Positions 24,820-38,125 are shown, numbered from the stretch's first letter. The stretch: 64,000 nt of DNA from Octopus sinensis (GCF_006345805.1 NC_042997.1:111600001-111664000); one strand, 5' to 3'. Made by a program: numbers and translations. Notes: generated from the letters alone by a model not told the origin.

Positions 24820-25002
24820 TTTTAAAAGGTTAATACAGAAGACGGTGTGTAACTAGAAGCATTTATTAGCACAACAATCGTTTTGGCTTCATACTGCATC
24901 TTTCCACGCCCACGAGGGTGCAGTGCAGTATGAAGCCGAAACGACTGTTGTGTTAATAAATGCTTCTAGTTACAGTCCGCCTTCTGTATTAATCTCTTAA
25001 AA
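24820..25002. repeat. Fold-back palindrome, ~79-bp arms, ~25-nt loop
   Basis: TTAATACAGAAGACGG..TAACTAGAAGCATTTATTAGCACAACAATCGTTTTGGCTTCATACTGCA pairs with TGCAGTATGAAGCCGAAACGACTGTTGTGTTAATAAATGCTTCTAGTTA..CCGCCTTCTGTATTAA. Confidence 0.9.
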
Positions 25003-25238
25003 CATATACTATGTGCACCTTGGAATTTTGGACATAGATCCAATGATGAACACAGAGTATCACTGATGACACCTGGCAGCCAGAAGTGGTGAACATGCTC
25101 CACAGACACACTACCTTGGACTTACTCTGAAACAAGGTTTGGATCCTGCATTTAACACCTGCTTTCTAAACCTTAATTCTTTCATTTTGAATTCGACATA
25201 TTACACCTACACACATTTACATATTTAATCTATATTAG

Positions 25239-25289
25239 TTAGTCCAACAAAATATATTGTTTCACCTATGACTCATCATCAGGAACTAA
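25239..25289 (-). ncRNA. Type-I hammerhead-like motif with intact core but weak stem II
   Basis: TTAGTTC-CTGATGA-tgagtcataggt-GAAAC-AAtatattTTGT-T-GGACTAA: 7-bp stem I, stem III ACAA/TTGT and NUH=GUU. Confidence 0.5.
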
Positions 25290-25592
25290 TAATTATGAAT
25301 TAAATGTCTTTTATCCACTCCTAAACTTATGTTTGCGTAGTTTGTTCTAAGAGGCCGGACATAGCTTATTTGATCTGATCACTCCCTTGGAAAATATGTT
25401 TGTATGTGTGCATGATGTCTTATTGTCATTACTATACAGGCGCAGGAGTGGCTGTGTAGTAAGCAGCTTGCTTCCCAACCACATGGTTCTGGGTTCAGTC
25501 CCACTGCATGGCACCTGTGTCTTCTACAATAGCCTCGGGCCAACCAAAGCCTTGTGAGTGGATTTGGTAGACAGAAACTGAAATGAAGCCCG

Positions 25593-25658
<66 letters not shown>

Positions 25659-26519
25659 GTATTTATTTATTTATTTGACAACCGATGCGGGTGTGTTTAC
25701 ATCCCTGTAATTTAGTGGGTCGGCAAAAAGTGATCGATGCAATAAGTAATTGGCTTACAAAGAATAAGTCCTGGGGGTCGATTTGCTCGACTAAAGGCGG
25801 TGCTCCAGCATGGCCACAGTCAAATGACTGAAGCAAGTAAAAGAGTAAAGAGTATACTAGGAAGAAGAATACACACACACTTAAATGCATATACACACCC
25901 ACACTTTTTGACTCTTATGATTCCAATGTTTTTACAGGATTTGAATAACCAAATTATTCTATTCTATTCCTCAGAGACTAAAATTACCAATAACTCACCA
26001 CAAAGTTCTAAAATATCAGTAATTTTGGTCTCCAAAGACTAAAATGAATAACTAAAAACTAAACTAATGTAACCTAGCCACAGAAGCTGTGAATGAACTT
26101 AGAAAATATTTGCAGCTTTGTGATAAAATGGTTTCATGATTCTATAACTGAAAGTGGTTTAGGACAATATGGGATACATTTCCTTATAATATAAGTGCAG
26201 GCATATAGTGACGAGCTGGCAGAAACGTTAGCATGCTGGGTGAAATGCTTAGTAGTATTTCATCTGCCTTTATGTTCTGAGTTCAAATTCCGCTGAGATT
26301 GACTTTGCCTTTCATCCATTCGGGGTCGATAAATCAAGTACCTGTTGCACACTGGGGTCGATCTAATCAACTGGCCCCTTCCCCCAAAATTTTGGGCTTT
26401 GTGCCTAGAGTAGAAAAGAATATAGGTGCAGGCATGAATGTGTGGTTAAGAAATTTGCTTCCCAGCCAAATGGTTCTGGGTTCAGTCCCACAGTGTGACA
26501 CGGTGAGCAAGTACTATTC

Positions 26520-26815
26520 TATATTTTAGAGATGAGGAATTATGTACATTGTTTATAATTGACGGACAGGGGTCCTCACCTTGTTTGTTGTTACCACAAT
26601 GTTTCAGCTGATGTACTCTTCAGCCTTCATCAGGTGTTATGGTGGAATTTCCAACCCTTTATTTGACTAATGGGGTACTCTGTTCTCATTCCTAAGGTGT
26701 AAGAGCTCAGGCTACTAACCCTCGTATTCTAAGTTCAATCTCAGGCAGGGATTTGAAAATAGCATCACCAACATACCTTAAGAATGAGACAAACAGTGTA
26801 CCCCATTAATCAAAT
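26520..26815 (-). mobile_element. tRNA-headed hammerhead element (copy 2), with head inverted relative to tail
   Basis: Tail homologous to 10745-10885, with AACAC-CTGATGA-A-GGCTGA..TCAGCT-GAAAC-ATT-GTGGT (26593-26638, minus). The tRNA-like head AAGAGCTCAGGCTACTAACC...AAGTTCAATCTC lies on the plus strand at ~26700-26745. Confidence 0.6.
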
Positions 26816-26849
26816 AAAGGTGGAGGCACATGGCCTAGTAGTTACAGCA

Positions 26850-27550
26850 GTGGACTCGATATGCTTGATATGCAGAAATGAGGTGGGTGGAAACTCCATA
26901 CACAGTACTTGGTGTAAGCAATGGACACACCAAAGGTGTAGTGGAATCATTGGCAGACTGTCTAAAAAATCTAAGCTTCATGTCTGGTAGATGCACTGAA
27001 GCAGTTTGGATGAACCAAAAACAGTCTCTTAAACACCAAGATGGCTTACTGGATGTAGTCAATAGGTTTTGTTACCTGGGATACATAATTTTCAAGGGAA
27101 GTGGTTGCTCAGGTAGTATAGTAGCTTGAGTGAGAACCTTTTGGAAAAAAAAAAGTTTAGAAAGCTACTACCACTACTAAGAACAATGTTCTTTTCCCTA
27201 AGAGTAAAAGGTAGACTGTATGATGCTTGTGTCAGAACTGCAATGCTGCAGGGAAGTGAGACATGGGCTTTGAATGTAGAAGACCTGAGAAGACTGAAAA
27301 GAAAGGAAGTGAGCAAGATCTGTTGGATGTGCAATGTGAGTGTGCATGAAAGGGTTAGTAGAAAGGCACTGGGTGAAAAAACGGCATAAAAGGTATCAGA
27401 TGCTGTGTTTGAGAAAGAAGACTGCATTGGTATGGACATGGGTTACGTATGGAAGGAGGACAGGTGTTTAAAGAAATGCTGATTGCTTAATGTGGTTGGA
27501 ATTTACAGAAGACAGAAACCCAAGAAGACATGGGATGAAGTAGTTAAGGC
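26850..27550 (+). mobile_element. RTE-clade LINE ORF 3' fragment (degraded)
   Basis: Zn-binding CLICRNEVGGNSIHSTWCKQWTHQRCSGI, then DVVNRFCYLG and KFRKLLPLL...LRVKGRLYDACVRTAMLQGSETWALNVEDLRRLKRKE..ICWMCNVS. Confidence 0.85.
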
Positions 27551-28365
27551 CGGAAGATTTCACTAAAATTTTTGATACCAACTTGCCTGAGGCTGCCGCT
27601 GTTTTTAAGATACAAACTTACTCTAACCTTTTAACATTTAAACTGGCCATAGTCAAACTGGCCGAATCCAGCTTCTCACACTTACCCTACAATGTCATTC
27701 TAAATATAAACAATCACATCAAAATGGTGAAGCAACAAGATGATAAATGCTTAATTCAAAACAATCATCATCATCATCATCGTTTAATGTTTGCTTTCCA
27801 TGCTGGCATGGGTTGGATGGTTTGAGTGAGGGCTGGCAAGCCAGAAGGCTGCACCAAGCTCTAATCTGATCTGGCAAAGTTTCTACAGCTGGACGCCCTT
27901 CCTAATGCCAACCACTCCAAGAGTGTAGTGGGTGCTTTTTACATGCCACCGGCATGGAAGTCAGTCACGCAGCAATGGCATCGACCACACTCGAATGGTG
28001 CTTTTTATGTACCAATCAGGCACCACTGGCAGTGATCATGCTTGAATGGTGCTTTTTAAGTGCCACTGGCATGGGAACCAGTTAGGTGGCACAAGCATTA
28101 CATCTGACAGAGTAAACTGAATGTTAAACAGTTAAAAGGGAGCTAAAGTAAAAACTTCTCCACCTGGAAAAAAAAATAATAAAAAACAATTAAGATAAAT
28201 ATAAAGGGGAAATCTTGTGTTTGACCCTCTGGTTTCATTGGTTGTTAACCCTTTGTAGATGGATCTAGTACTGACAGTCTGTGCTGTGTGCCAGTATTAG
28301 GCCATTCAGTAACTACATAATTTTCCATACAAGGAATTTAACTGTATTTGCAGATTCTTCTCAGT

Positions 28366-28680
28366 GTGGTATATTTGAAAACACGGTGCCACACAGAGTG
28401 AGACAAAGCACTGCCCACACACACACACACACACACACAGTGTTTTGATGCAGTTAGTACTGCTTTCCACCTGCAAGGAGTTAGATGTAAACGAATCTCA
28501 AGTCCTTACAGTCTTTTAAAAGTGGTATATTGAAAACACGGGCCACACAGAGTGAGACAAGCACTGCCCACACCACACACACACCACACACAGTGTTTTG
28601 ATGCAGTTTGCAGTACTATGCTTTCCACCTGCAAGGAGTTAGATGTAAACGAATCTCAAGTCCTTACAGTCTTTTAAAAG
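28366..28680. repeat. Tandem duplication of ~157 bp
   Basis: Copy 1 from 28366 and copy 2 from 28522 differ essentially only by small indels. Confidence 0.9.
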
Positions 28681-30231
28681 ATGATGCCTTATGCCATGAA
28701 GTGAGTGAGAAACTATCTCCCTGGATAAGCTGCTAGCTTATAGCCACTAACGTTCCCAGGCAAGACGGTAAATATTGTTGCCAGATACACTGAGATATTG
28801 GAAACTAACATGATATGTGGACTGCATGAGATTTGAACTTGTGATTTATGATCAAGTAGTCTAAGATGTACCTCAATGAATGATTCCTCCTCAACCTTCA
28901 GCTCGTTATCTCATATATTCTAACAAACAACATAGAGTGAGAAGAGTAATGATTAATGACTCAGGTATATGTTCCTCAGTCATTAGTTTGCTTCTCGTTG
29001 ATTCTGAAATGAGAATCTATCTAGAAATCGAAACATCTCTTTCAATGTACAATTAATTCTTTGCAATTTAAAGTTTATTAAACAAGAAGACAACTAACAC
29101 ACACAAATCAAAACTAAAAAAAAAATACAAACAACAAAAGATAAACAAATTGAGAAAATGTTCATAAACGATAGCGAGTGATTGAAGACGAGGCAAACAG
29201 TAAATCAATGAACGCTGGATCAATACTGGGTAAAGAGAGAGAAGTGAAAAAATGCCAGCCACGTTGGTGGTTTCATGATCGGAGATAAATCATGAACAGT
29301 TAAACGGAAAATAATAGAAATGAAAATGGAATTTTAGTAATTTTGTTTTAGATTGGTAAAAGGAATTCCGATGATGAATAAACCAGCCTCGGGGAAATCT
29401 CACAAAACAAATGAACATTGATCACAGATTTGGTCTTTACAAGGAAAACAAAAGCAAACCCCCCCCGCCAAAAAAAAACAAAAGAAAAATAAACAAACAA
29501 AAAAAAACTATTGATTTTAAAAGTAGTAGATGCAATGTGCTGCAACACATTGCATCTGGCTCCAAACCTGGGTATTGCAGCCCGTAAAGCAGAAGAGAGA
29601 AAAGATAAACAAACACAGCAGCCTGCCTGGCTGCTATAAGTTTGTGCCAGGTCGCCATCAAGACTTCAAGAGTTCTCGGAACCCACATTGCTGATTTCCA
29701 CTGCAAAATCAGGATAACTGGGGCCCATTTGAAAAATAAGCTGCACGATGTAGGGCGACTGCAGCAATGTCACTGGCCATTCTCTGCAGCAACACCATTG
29801 CCATCCTGTCCACAAGCAGTGGCTAAACACGCCATTTGTTCGGGAAGTACAACCTGTTACTCCCTCTCCACCACCATCTTCTGCTGCTCAATTCCACCCC
29901 CACTTTTTTATTTTTATTTTTTTCCTTGGTAGTCCTGTCAAAGCTTGTTTCACCTCGTTATGGCTTAACAGTCCTTACCATCTGTTTTAACTGTCCTGGT
30001 TTTGTTATCAACTTTGACCCTCCACAAATCCCAAATTTCATTTAATTTGCTTTGCAAGAGTGACTGTTTTGATGAAGACACATCTTGTCCAAATGCTCGA
30101 AATGTGGAGTAGATAAAACAGGGGACAACTGATGAAGGGATTGTTCTTTATGTTGCCTGTCTCACTTTTCTATTCGTTTCTTTCATTGTTCGAAAAAAAG
30201 TTCGTTTTCCATGTTGTTTATGTATATATAT

Positions 30232-30567
30232 ATAATATAAATTGGACATGGGCGATCGTTGTATTCTTTCTTGTCTTGAGGTTCACAGCCAAACGGCTGG
30301 GTGGATTCGCGTGAAAAATGGCACACCTATGGAGGCGGGTGCATAGATTGGAATGCAGTTTGCATTTTTTCCCTAGCCCCCATACTTACCAAGGAAATCG
30401 ACTAAAACTTTTCTAAAAGAAATTTTTCATACAGCTGGAGGTTCCAATTGAAAGAGGGGGACTCAAAATGATAAGGTTGAGAAATGCTGTTATAGATTAT
30501 GCCTAACCGAAAATGATCACACCCACATCATCCAAACAGTCCGGGTGAAACCGGGCTTAACTGCTAG
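30232..30567 (+). mobile_element. Non-autonomous Helitron-like element
   Basis: 3' GC hairpin CCGGGTGAAACCGGG followed by CTGCTAG|T; the 5' end lies in a (TA)n-like context. Confidence 0.55.
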
Positions 30568-31974
30568 TATAATATCTAGAGAGAGGATATGAGGTGTTTA
30601 GGACAAACTGACTCAAACTAATAGGAATGCATTCTGAGTGCACCAAAAGGCACGCCACCAAAATTCTAGTTAGAACAACAGCTGAAGTTCAAAAACGACT
30701 ATAGGTGGCATCCCTTGGAGTCAATGGATATAGGGTAAATCAGTGACGGAAAAGCAAAACGATTAGCCAAAGCAGGTCAAGGGACATTCAATTTAATTTA
30801 ATCGAAGGCTTAGCTATATAACAAATGGTAAAAATAATAGAAAATGGTTGCTGTCTCTGACAGGTGTCACTGGGAAATCCCAGCTATTGGAGCTGCCGAT
30901 TCAAGCGAAGACTACAAGTTGGGTATTTTGTCATCAGAGAAATATGGGTTAGGGAGTGGAAGAAAGCTCCTTATCAATGATATTTGTTGTGGTTCATTAT
31001 GTCCAAGAGGATGGGAGGGTCCAATTAAATCCAGTTGGATCTGGTCTTCTTTAGATAAATCCATCATCAGAAAGATTATCCGAACATGTTCGCTGCCAGG
31101 CCCACATCACTGGCTCTGGTGCTGGTGGCATGTAAAAAGTACCAACAGATTGTGACCAATGCCAGTACCACCTGACTTGTTCCTGTGCCAGTGGCACATA
31201 AAAAGCACCATCTGAACGTGACTGGTGCCAGGCCCGCCTTACTGGATCCTGTGGTGGTGGCAAATAAAAAGCACCCACTACACTCTCAGAGAGCTGGTGT
31301 TAGGAAGGGCATCCAGCTGCAGAAACTCTGCCAGATCAGATTGGAGCCTGGTGCAGCCGCTGGCTCTCCAGACCTCAGTCAAACAGTCCAACCCATGCCA
31401 GCATGGAAAACAGATGTTAATCAATGATGATGATGAATTCACCATGTGCAAATTTTTAGTCAGATCTTCTTGCTTTCACACACACACACATGCATCCACT
31501 TAATGACCATTAGCAAACACCCAGTCTCGTGTTAGGTCACGAATACAACCATACAAAAATAGTTGTGTAGTTAAGAAGTTCATTTTGAAACCAACTAGAT
31601 TTGGATTCAATCCAAGTGTAGGACAGTCTGTAGGGCAAATGCCTTCTATTATGTTGTCAAGTCTACCAAAGCTTTTCAAGTAGAACTTGGTTGACAGAAA
31701 CTGTGTAAGGGAACCACCAAAAAGACCATCCTTGTCAGTGTGTTGTTAACATTCAGCTTTAGTTTTTTTTATTACCCAGAAGGGGCCAACGCAGAAGGAA
31801 CATTACATGGACATGTGGGGACATAAAACATATATAAAAAAAAACATTAAAAAATAGACAAAAACGTGTGATACAATGCATGAAGATGAAAATGATAAAT
31901 GGAAATGAGCTACCCACACCCCACCTCAGGCAGCATCACTTTCTTCCTTCAATTCCTTCGTTCACTGGCATACC

Positions 31975-32389
31975 TATTTCTTTACTACCCACAAGGGGCT
32001 AAACACAGAGAGGACAAACAAAGACAGACAAATGGATTAAGTCGATTATATCGACTCCAGTGCATAACTGTTACTTATTTAATCGACCCTGAAAGGATGA
32101 AAGGCAAAGTCGACCTCGGCGGAATTTGAACTCAGAATGTAGCTGCTGACGAAATACTTATTTCTTTACAAACCACAAGGGGCTAAACACAGAGAGGACA
32201 AACAAGGACAGACAAATGGATTAAGTCGATTATATTGACTCCAGTGTGTAACTGGTACTTAATTTATCGACCCCGTAAGGATGAAAGGTAAAGTTGACCT
32301 CGGCGGAATTTGAACTCAGAACGTAACGGCAGACGAAATACGGCTATGCATTTCGTCCGGCGTGCTAACGTTTCTGCCAGCTCGCTGCC
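31975..32389 (-). mobile_element. Family-A SINE with internal tandem duplication (dimeric body)
   Basis: Two consecutive bodies (31975-32160, 32160-32389) within one 14-bp TSD TTCACTGGCATACC (31961-31974, 32390-32403). Confidence 0.85.
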
Positions 32390-34164
32390 TTCACTGGCAT
32401 ACCAATGCTGTATTTTTTAGTTAGTCCATCATATCTCATATTTTCCAGTATATCTTCTTTATTGCAGTCAACCTTCAATCTATTCTTAGGCACTGCAAAA
32501 CATTTGTGCCACGATTTTCCTTCTTTATCAATGAACTCGTTTAAACTCACCACCTGGCCCCTGGGTGACTTTAGTAGACTTCATTGTGTTGTAAGCATTC
32601 AGCTTTAATTGCCTTCAAACAGGTCTTGGAGATCTTAGAAACGGTCAAGACTGTTGCCAGCCAGAGAAGTTTTATAAAATCAAAAAAACAAACAACAAAT
32701 TAACTCCAAAGCCAACATCATTTTAAGTAATGTTTCCTTGATTTTACTTGGTAGGGATGGTCTTTTTGATGGTTCCCTTACACAATTTCTGTCAACCAAG
32801 TTCTACTCAAAAAGCTTTGGTAGACCTGACAACATAACAGAAGGCATTTGTGCTACATACTGTCCTACACTTGGATTGAATCCAAATCTAGTTTGCTTCA
32901 AAATGAACTTCTTACTGAAATTATCATTTTAACATCTACTTTTCCATGCTTGCAAGGGTCAGGTGGGTCTAGCTGATGGGATGCTCTTCCTGTAGCAAAC
33001 CCTCATGTATTTCCAAACAATATCACCACCACCACCACCCCAGTCCTTCAAACACAACTCAATGGGCTGAACACATTTTTGAGGCAGATTGCAAACAAAT
33101 AAATAAAATTACTTGTGTGATGATATTTTGTCTACAATAAGCATGTATTGTCAAGACAAGCAGTGACACACACACACAAATAGGCTTCTTTTCAGTTTCC
33201 ATCTATCAAATTCACTCACAGGCTCTGGTCAGCCTGGGGATATAATAGAAGACATCTGCCCAAAGTACCATGTAGGACTGAACCGAAGACCACAAGGCCG
33301 GCAAGCAAATACCCTAAACACAAAGCCATGACTATTATATCTTATCTTTTATGTTTCAGTCATCAGACTGTGGTCATGCTGGGGCAACGCTCTGAGGCAG
33401 TTTACTCAAATGAATTAACCCCAGTACTTATTGCATTTTAAGCCTGGTATTTATTCTATCGGTCTCTTTTGCCAAACTGCTAAGTTATGGAGACAAAGAC
33501 ACCAACACTGGTTACCAAGTAATGGAGGTGGGACAAATACAGAGACAAAGACACACACACATATGAAGGGCTTCTTTCAGTTTCCATCAACCAAATCCAC
33601 TCACAGGGATTTGGAAGTCCAAGGCTGTAGTAGAAGACATTTGTCCAAGGTGCCATGCCATGGGACTGAACCCACCACCATGCCGCAACTGAATATCTGT
33701 AGCTTTTTAAATCATTTGACTGCGGACCATGCTGGAGCACTGCCTTTAGCCGAAAAAATCAACCCCAGGACTTATTCTTTGTAAGTCTAGCACTTATTAT
33801 ATAGGTCTCTTTTGCCGAATAGCTAAGTTATGGGGACGTAAACACACCAACACCAGTTATCAAGTGATGGGGAAGGGAAAACAAACACCCACACACATAT
33901 ATGGACAGCTTTTGCTTTCCTATTTCTTTACCACTCACAGGGCTTTGGTTGGCCCGAGGCTATAATAGAAGACACTTGCCCAAGGTGCCAGGCAGTGAGA
34001 TTGAACCTGGGATCATGTGGCTGGAAAGCAAGCTACTTACACAGCAACTCCTGCACCTTTATTTTTAGGTCATCCATTCTTCCTGAAATTTAATCCTGTA
34101 TGATACAGAAATCATTAGAGTTTAAACCTGAACAGGGTGAGCGAATCTAGGAAGGGTGTATTAC

Positions 34165-34204
<40 letters not shown>

Positions 34205-34448
34205 TGAGTGAGTTTGCATTTGTTATTCCCTGATTTCATGGGAAGATTAGTTAGGTGTTGGAGCCATAGTTTTTACAGCTGTTTAGCCTTCCTGAAATCT
34301 AACCAAGACATAGGGAGTGGAACTTGATTAGTGTCAGCCAGTGCAAGGAGTGTTAAGAAGTTAACTTAACATGTGTGTGTGTGTGTGTGTGTGCTGAAAA
34401 TTAAATCAAACATGCTGTCCTCTGGTGGATAGTTAATATAGGGGAGAC

Positions 34449-34481
<33 letters not shown>

Positions 34482-35129
34482 CATTTAATGTGTGTTTTTC
34501 CATGCTGGCATGGGTTGGATACCTTGACAGGATCTGGTGAGCTGAAGGGTTACGTCAAGCTCCAATGTCAGTTCAATCCTCACAGCATTTGGTTTCCAAA
34601 GCCCCTGTATCCATGACAGGACTGTCCTAGAGGAACAAAAGACCTGGCTGGCTGCAGAGATATGCTGGTGCCGCCGTCTGTCATGATGCACCTTGGCATC
34701 ATTCCTTAATGCTTCAAGAATGATGACAATGTCAACAGCTATTGTGATGCTAGTGGCACCGAACTGGCTCTTGTTCCAGTGGCACATAAAATGCACCATT
34801 CAAGTGTGGTTGATGCCAGTGTCGCCTGACTAGCTCATGTGCTGGTGGCACATAGAAAGCACCATTCAAGTGTGGTTGACGCCAGTGCTACCTGACTGAC
34901 TCCTGTGCTGGTAGTACGTAAAAAGCACCCACTACAGTCTCGGTGTAGTTGGCATTAGGAAGGGGTATCCAGATGTAGAAATCTTGCCAGATCAAATTGG
35001 AGCCTGGTGCAAGTCCACTGCTCTAACCACTAGGCCATGTGCCTACACAAATATAAAACTTGGGAGGATTCTTTTGAGCTGACAATCATTGGAGATAAAA
35101 ATATAGCAATGAACCAACCAGTTACAAGG

Positions 35130-35475
35130 AACTTGCTGGCACACAGGTCTCACAGATCCAGGGACCATAGTAACACAGGGGTCTAACTGATCTGAGAGGA
35201 TTCATGCTGGCATAGGGATCACACTAACTGATCTTGACACACGGATCAAGCTGAGGGAGATTCTGACACAGGAAACACTAACTCAGAAATCATACTGACC
35301 TAGGGACCACACTAATCCAGGGACCACAGTGACAAGGACCTAACTGATCTGAGAAGCTCATGCCAATATGGAGATTGGGCTGACACAGGGCTCACATGGG
35401 GATCCAAGAGGATCGTCCCAACACAAGGTTCACATGGAGACAAAAATCACACTGACACAGGGATCTTATTGACCA
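35130..35475. repeat. Old, highly diverged minisatellite with ~17-bp unit (ACACTGACACAGGGATC-like)
   Basis: Recurrent motifs CTGACACAGGG, GGGATCACACTAAC, GGGACCACAC and TAACTGATCT. Confidence 0.55.
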
Positions 35476-36710
35476 AGTGGCTAAAACTTAAAGGCTGTGG
35501 CCTAGAAATAGAACATGAACATTCGTTTTTGAGAAAAGATTAATCTATGTTTAACACAACATAAATGGAAACACTTTTTTTTCTTTATTCTGCTGATTTT
35601 TTAACAGCATCTCTTCTCTTGGCAGAAGCTGCATTGTTCCACACAAGTTCTAAAATAATACAAAACAACTTTATATATTGTTTCTATGTATTCAATCAGC
35701 AACATCGTGACTGGAAATTGCAGGCCGGCTATCATCCCGGCTGCAGAACATTCATCATGTTTTACAAGTATTTGTTATTTGAACACAGACATTTTATATT
35801 TTAAAAATCTAAACAACAGCAATAACAATAATAATAAAAGAACTATCGAAATAAATTTTGTTTGTGAAGAAGAATACAAAATTAAATGAAGATTTATGGA
35901 GACTTGGTAGAAATAGAGGTGGAGCTTAGATGACAAGAATTACAGAAATGTATAGATTCAGGAAGTTAATTATGACAACATGGCTATTCAACACCAGTGT
36001 CACATAACCAGCCCACTCAAAAAGTACCTTTGGATAGTAGGGTGACATGCCGTGCTTGAGGAGACCCATTGAGTCAAGTACATTATCATTAACATTAAAA
36101 TCAAATCAAACCACAATCAAATGGAAATTGTAGTTGTGGCTGATGCCAGCCCTGTCTGTCTGTCTCCCTTTGCCAGTAGCACATAAAAAGCACAGTACTG
36201 GAGGAGTGGTATGCAGGTGTCAATGAATGGTTGAATGACCAAATTCAAGGTTCTCTGCTAGTTCCTTAACAGTTATGATGGGATTTTGTTCCACCAGGGT
36301 TTGCAGAGCATTCTCATTGAACTCTACAGATCTTCAAGGATAAGGCTCGTATTCTAGGCTGTAGTTTCCAGCTCGGAGTTTCTGGAGCCACTGGCTTACA
36401 CTTATTGTCCGATCCCCATATACTGCATTAATATTCCTCGCACTTTCCATTGCATTGTTGCCTTTATTGACCTCAAAGCAAAATATGCCAAATATGCTCC
36501 TTTACCACTTCCATTATAACTTTGAAAAAAATAACTGTTAAAATCGAATTGCACTCCTCAAAACCTGCACTAAGAATAAGGACAAGGTAAAATTACTACC
36601 TGCTTTTATAGTAAGTTGATGCAGGTAGTTTATCCCATCCCCCTCTGACTTTTAGTTCATGCAATTGACCTCTCCACACCCATACATGGTTTATGGGATG
36701 ACCCTATATA

Positions 36711-37220
36711 TCTATATATATATAAAACTGTAGTTGTGTGAGTGTCTGTCCCCTTCGATTTAGATTCCTAACTACTCCCACATTTTGGGGTGCAGTTTAA
36801 CCAAATTCGGGTATCTTATAGTCGTGATTCATATCGAGCCCATCTGGGTATTAGCGCGCGTCTACGATGAGTCTACGATTTAAAAAATAATTTAACATTT
36901 TTTATTCCATTTTAATGCATATTTTTTCGTGTCGATGGCAGCGGAGTTGGCATCCATGGTCACACCTGCACCTGTGTTGCTTCTCCTCCTTCTTCCCTCC
37001 CTTGTGAAGCTGTGGGGGAGGGAGTGTAAGGAAATCAACGTCGTAAAGCGTTGTCAAGGAGACCAGCGTTCTTTTAGAACAATGACTTCATGGCTTGAAG
37101 ACACCAAAACAGAAATGGCTAAGAAAGCCCGAATTGGCATCTATAAGGGAAGTAACTCTCTAAAAAGGCTTATATAATTATTTCCCTTACAAACCCGAGC
37201 AACGCCGGGCGATACTGCTA

Positions 37221-37221
<1 letters not shown>
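36711..37221 (+). mobile_element. Non-autonomous Helitron, comparatively young
   Basis: 5' A|TCTATATATATAAAA, 3' hairpin CCCGAGCAACGCCGGG then CTGCTAG|T, inserted between A and T, CpGs retained. Confidence 0.75.
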
Positions 37222-37291
<70 letters not shown>

Positions 37292-37859
37292 GTGTGTGTG
37301 TATGGAGATGATGTGCAGCAAGAGAGAAGGGAAGGATAGGGAGATGTACAATGACAGATGAATGTAGAGGTATACAGGAGTAGCCGAGTGAGTCGGGTAT
37401 AAAGGTGGCAAGGAAGGCTGTCAACAGCTAATATGACAATTTAAAAAGAATGAAAGCAGATATGAGAGGGTGTTTTAAAGATGACATGGCAGTCCTAAAG
37501 TGTAGCTAAGAGGAAAGGGGGGAGATAACTGAAGGCACAGAAAGTGGTGATCAATGGAAATAGGTGGTAAGAGCCGGTATTGAGAATGAGGGATAGATGT
37601 TGAAGGAAGTAGTCCCAGGAAGAGGGTGGAGTAATGGTAGCACAAAGGGGAGAGCATACTCTGTTCTCATATGATTACAGCAGCTGATAGTGCCATAGTT
37701 AGAAGAGTGGTGGAGGAATGATTTCTATGAAATGAGAGTTGGGGGAAGCTTGATGAGGGACAGATCCACCCCCCCTGGGGAAAGGTACCAGGGGGTGTAT
37801 AGACATAAAACAGAATGCTTTTAGGAGCTTGCTTTCAAGACAGGTGGGTGTGTGTGAGT

Positions 37860-38125
37860 GTTGGTGATTCATAAGAATGAAAGGGGTTAAATCCAGTTTT
37901 GGCAGAGAAACATAAAATGGGGAGAAATGGGAAAATTTTGGACATTATATATAATTTAATCTGATTAGCATTCTTCTGTCTTGTTCTGAAATTTATTTTA
38001 CTATTTTTATTAATGTTCTTGTTTTGATCAAAAGTATCTGCAGCTAAGTTTGGTAGCAGGAAGAAGGTATTAGAAACCTGGCAGCTGATTATCTATTCTG
38101 TTCCATTTCTGCTATTGGAACTTTG
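37860..38125. repeat. Unclassified interspersed repeat, second copy at ~41755-42020 in the same orientation
   Basis: Shared TTTTGGCAGAGAAACAT...TATCTGCAGCTAAGTTTGGTAGCAGGAAGAAGG...TTGGAA. Confidence 0.8.

Noticed and set aside
25055-25110. CTGATGA at 25063 (also 30129 and 38340) as additional hammerheads
   Set aside because: GAAAC and/or stem I pairing cannot be drawn convincingly. They may be older decayed copies but are not supportable.
29437-30045. Cluster of 70-96-aa ORFs in GC-richer sequence
   Set aside because: No recognisable domain, non-ATG starts and no consistent splice pair. More likely a repeat remnant or regulatory island.
30600-31090. RNase H-like LINE remnant (WHP...GKAKRLAKAG); also L1/CR1-like traces at ~870-1000, 23950-24200, 57930-58330
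   Set aside because: Similarity is too faint to call without a profile search.
35565-35810. Candidate minus-strand exon after TTTAG acceptor at 35809-35810
   Set aside because: No matching donor site and no recognisable translation.
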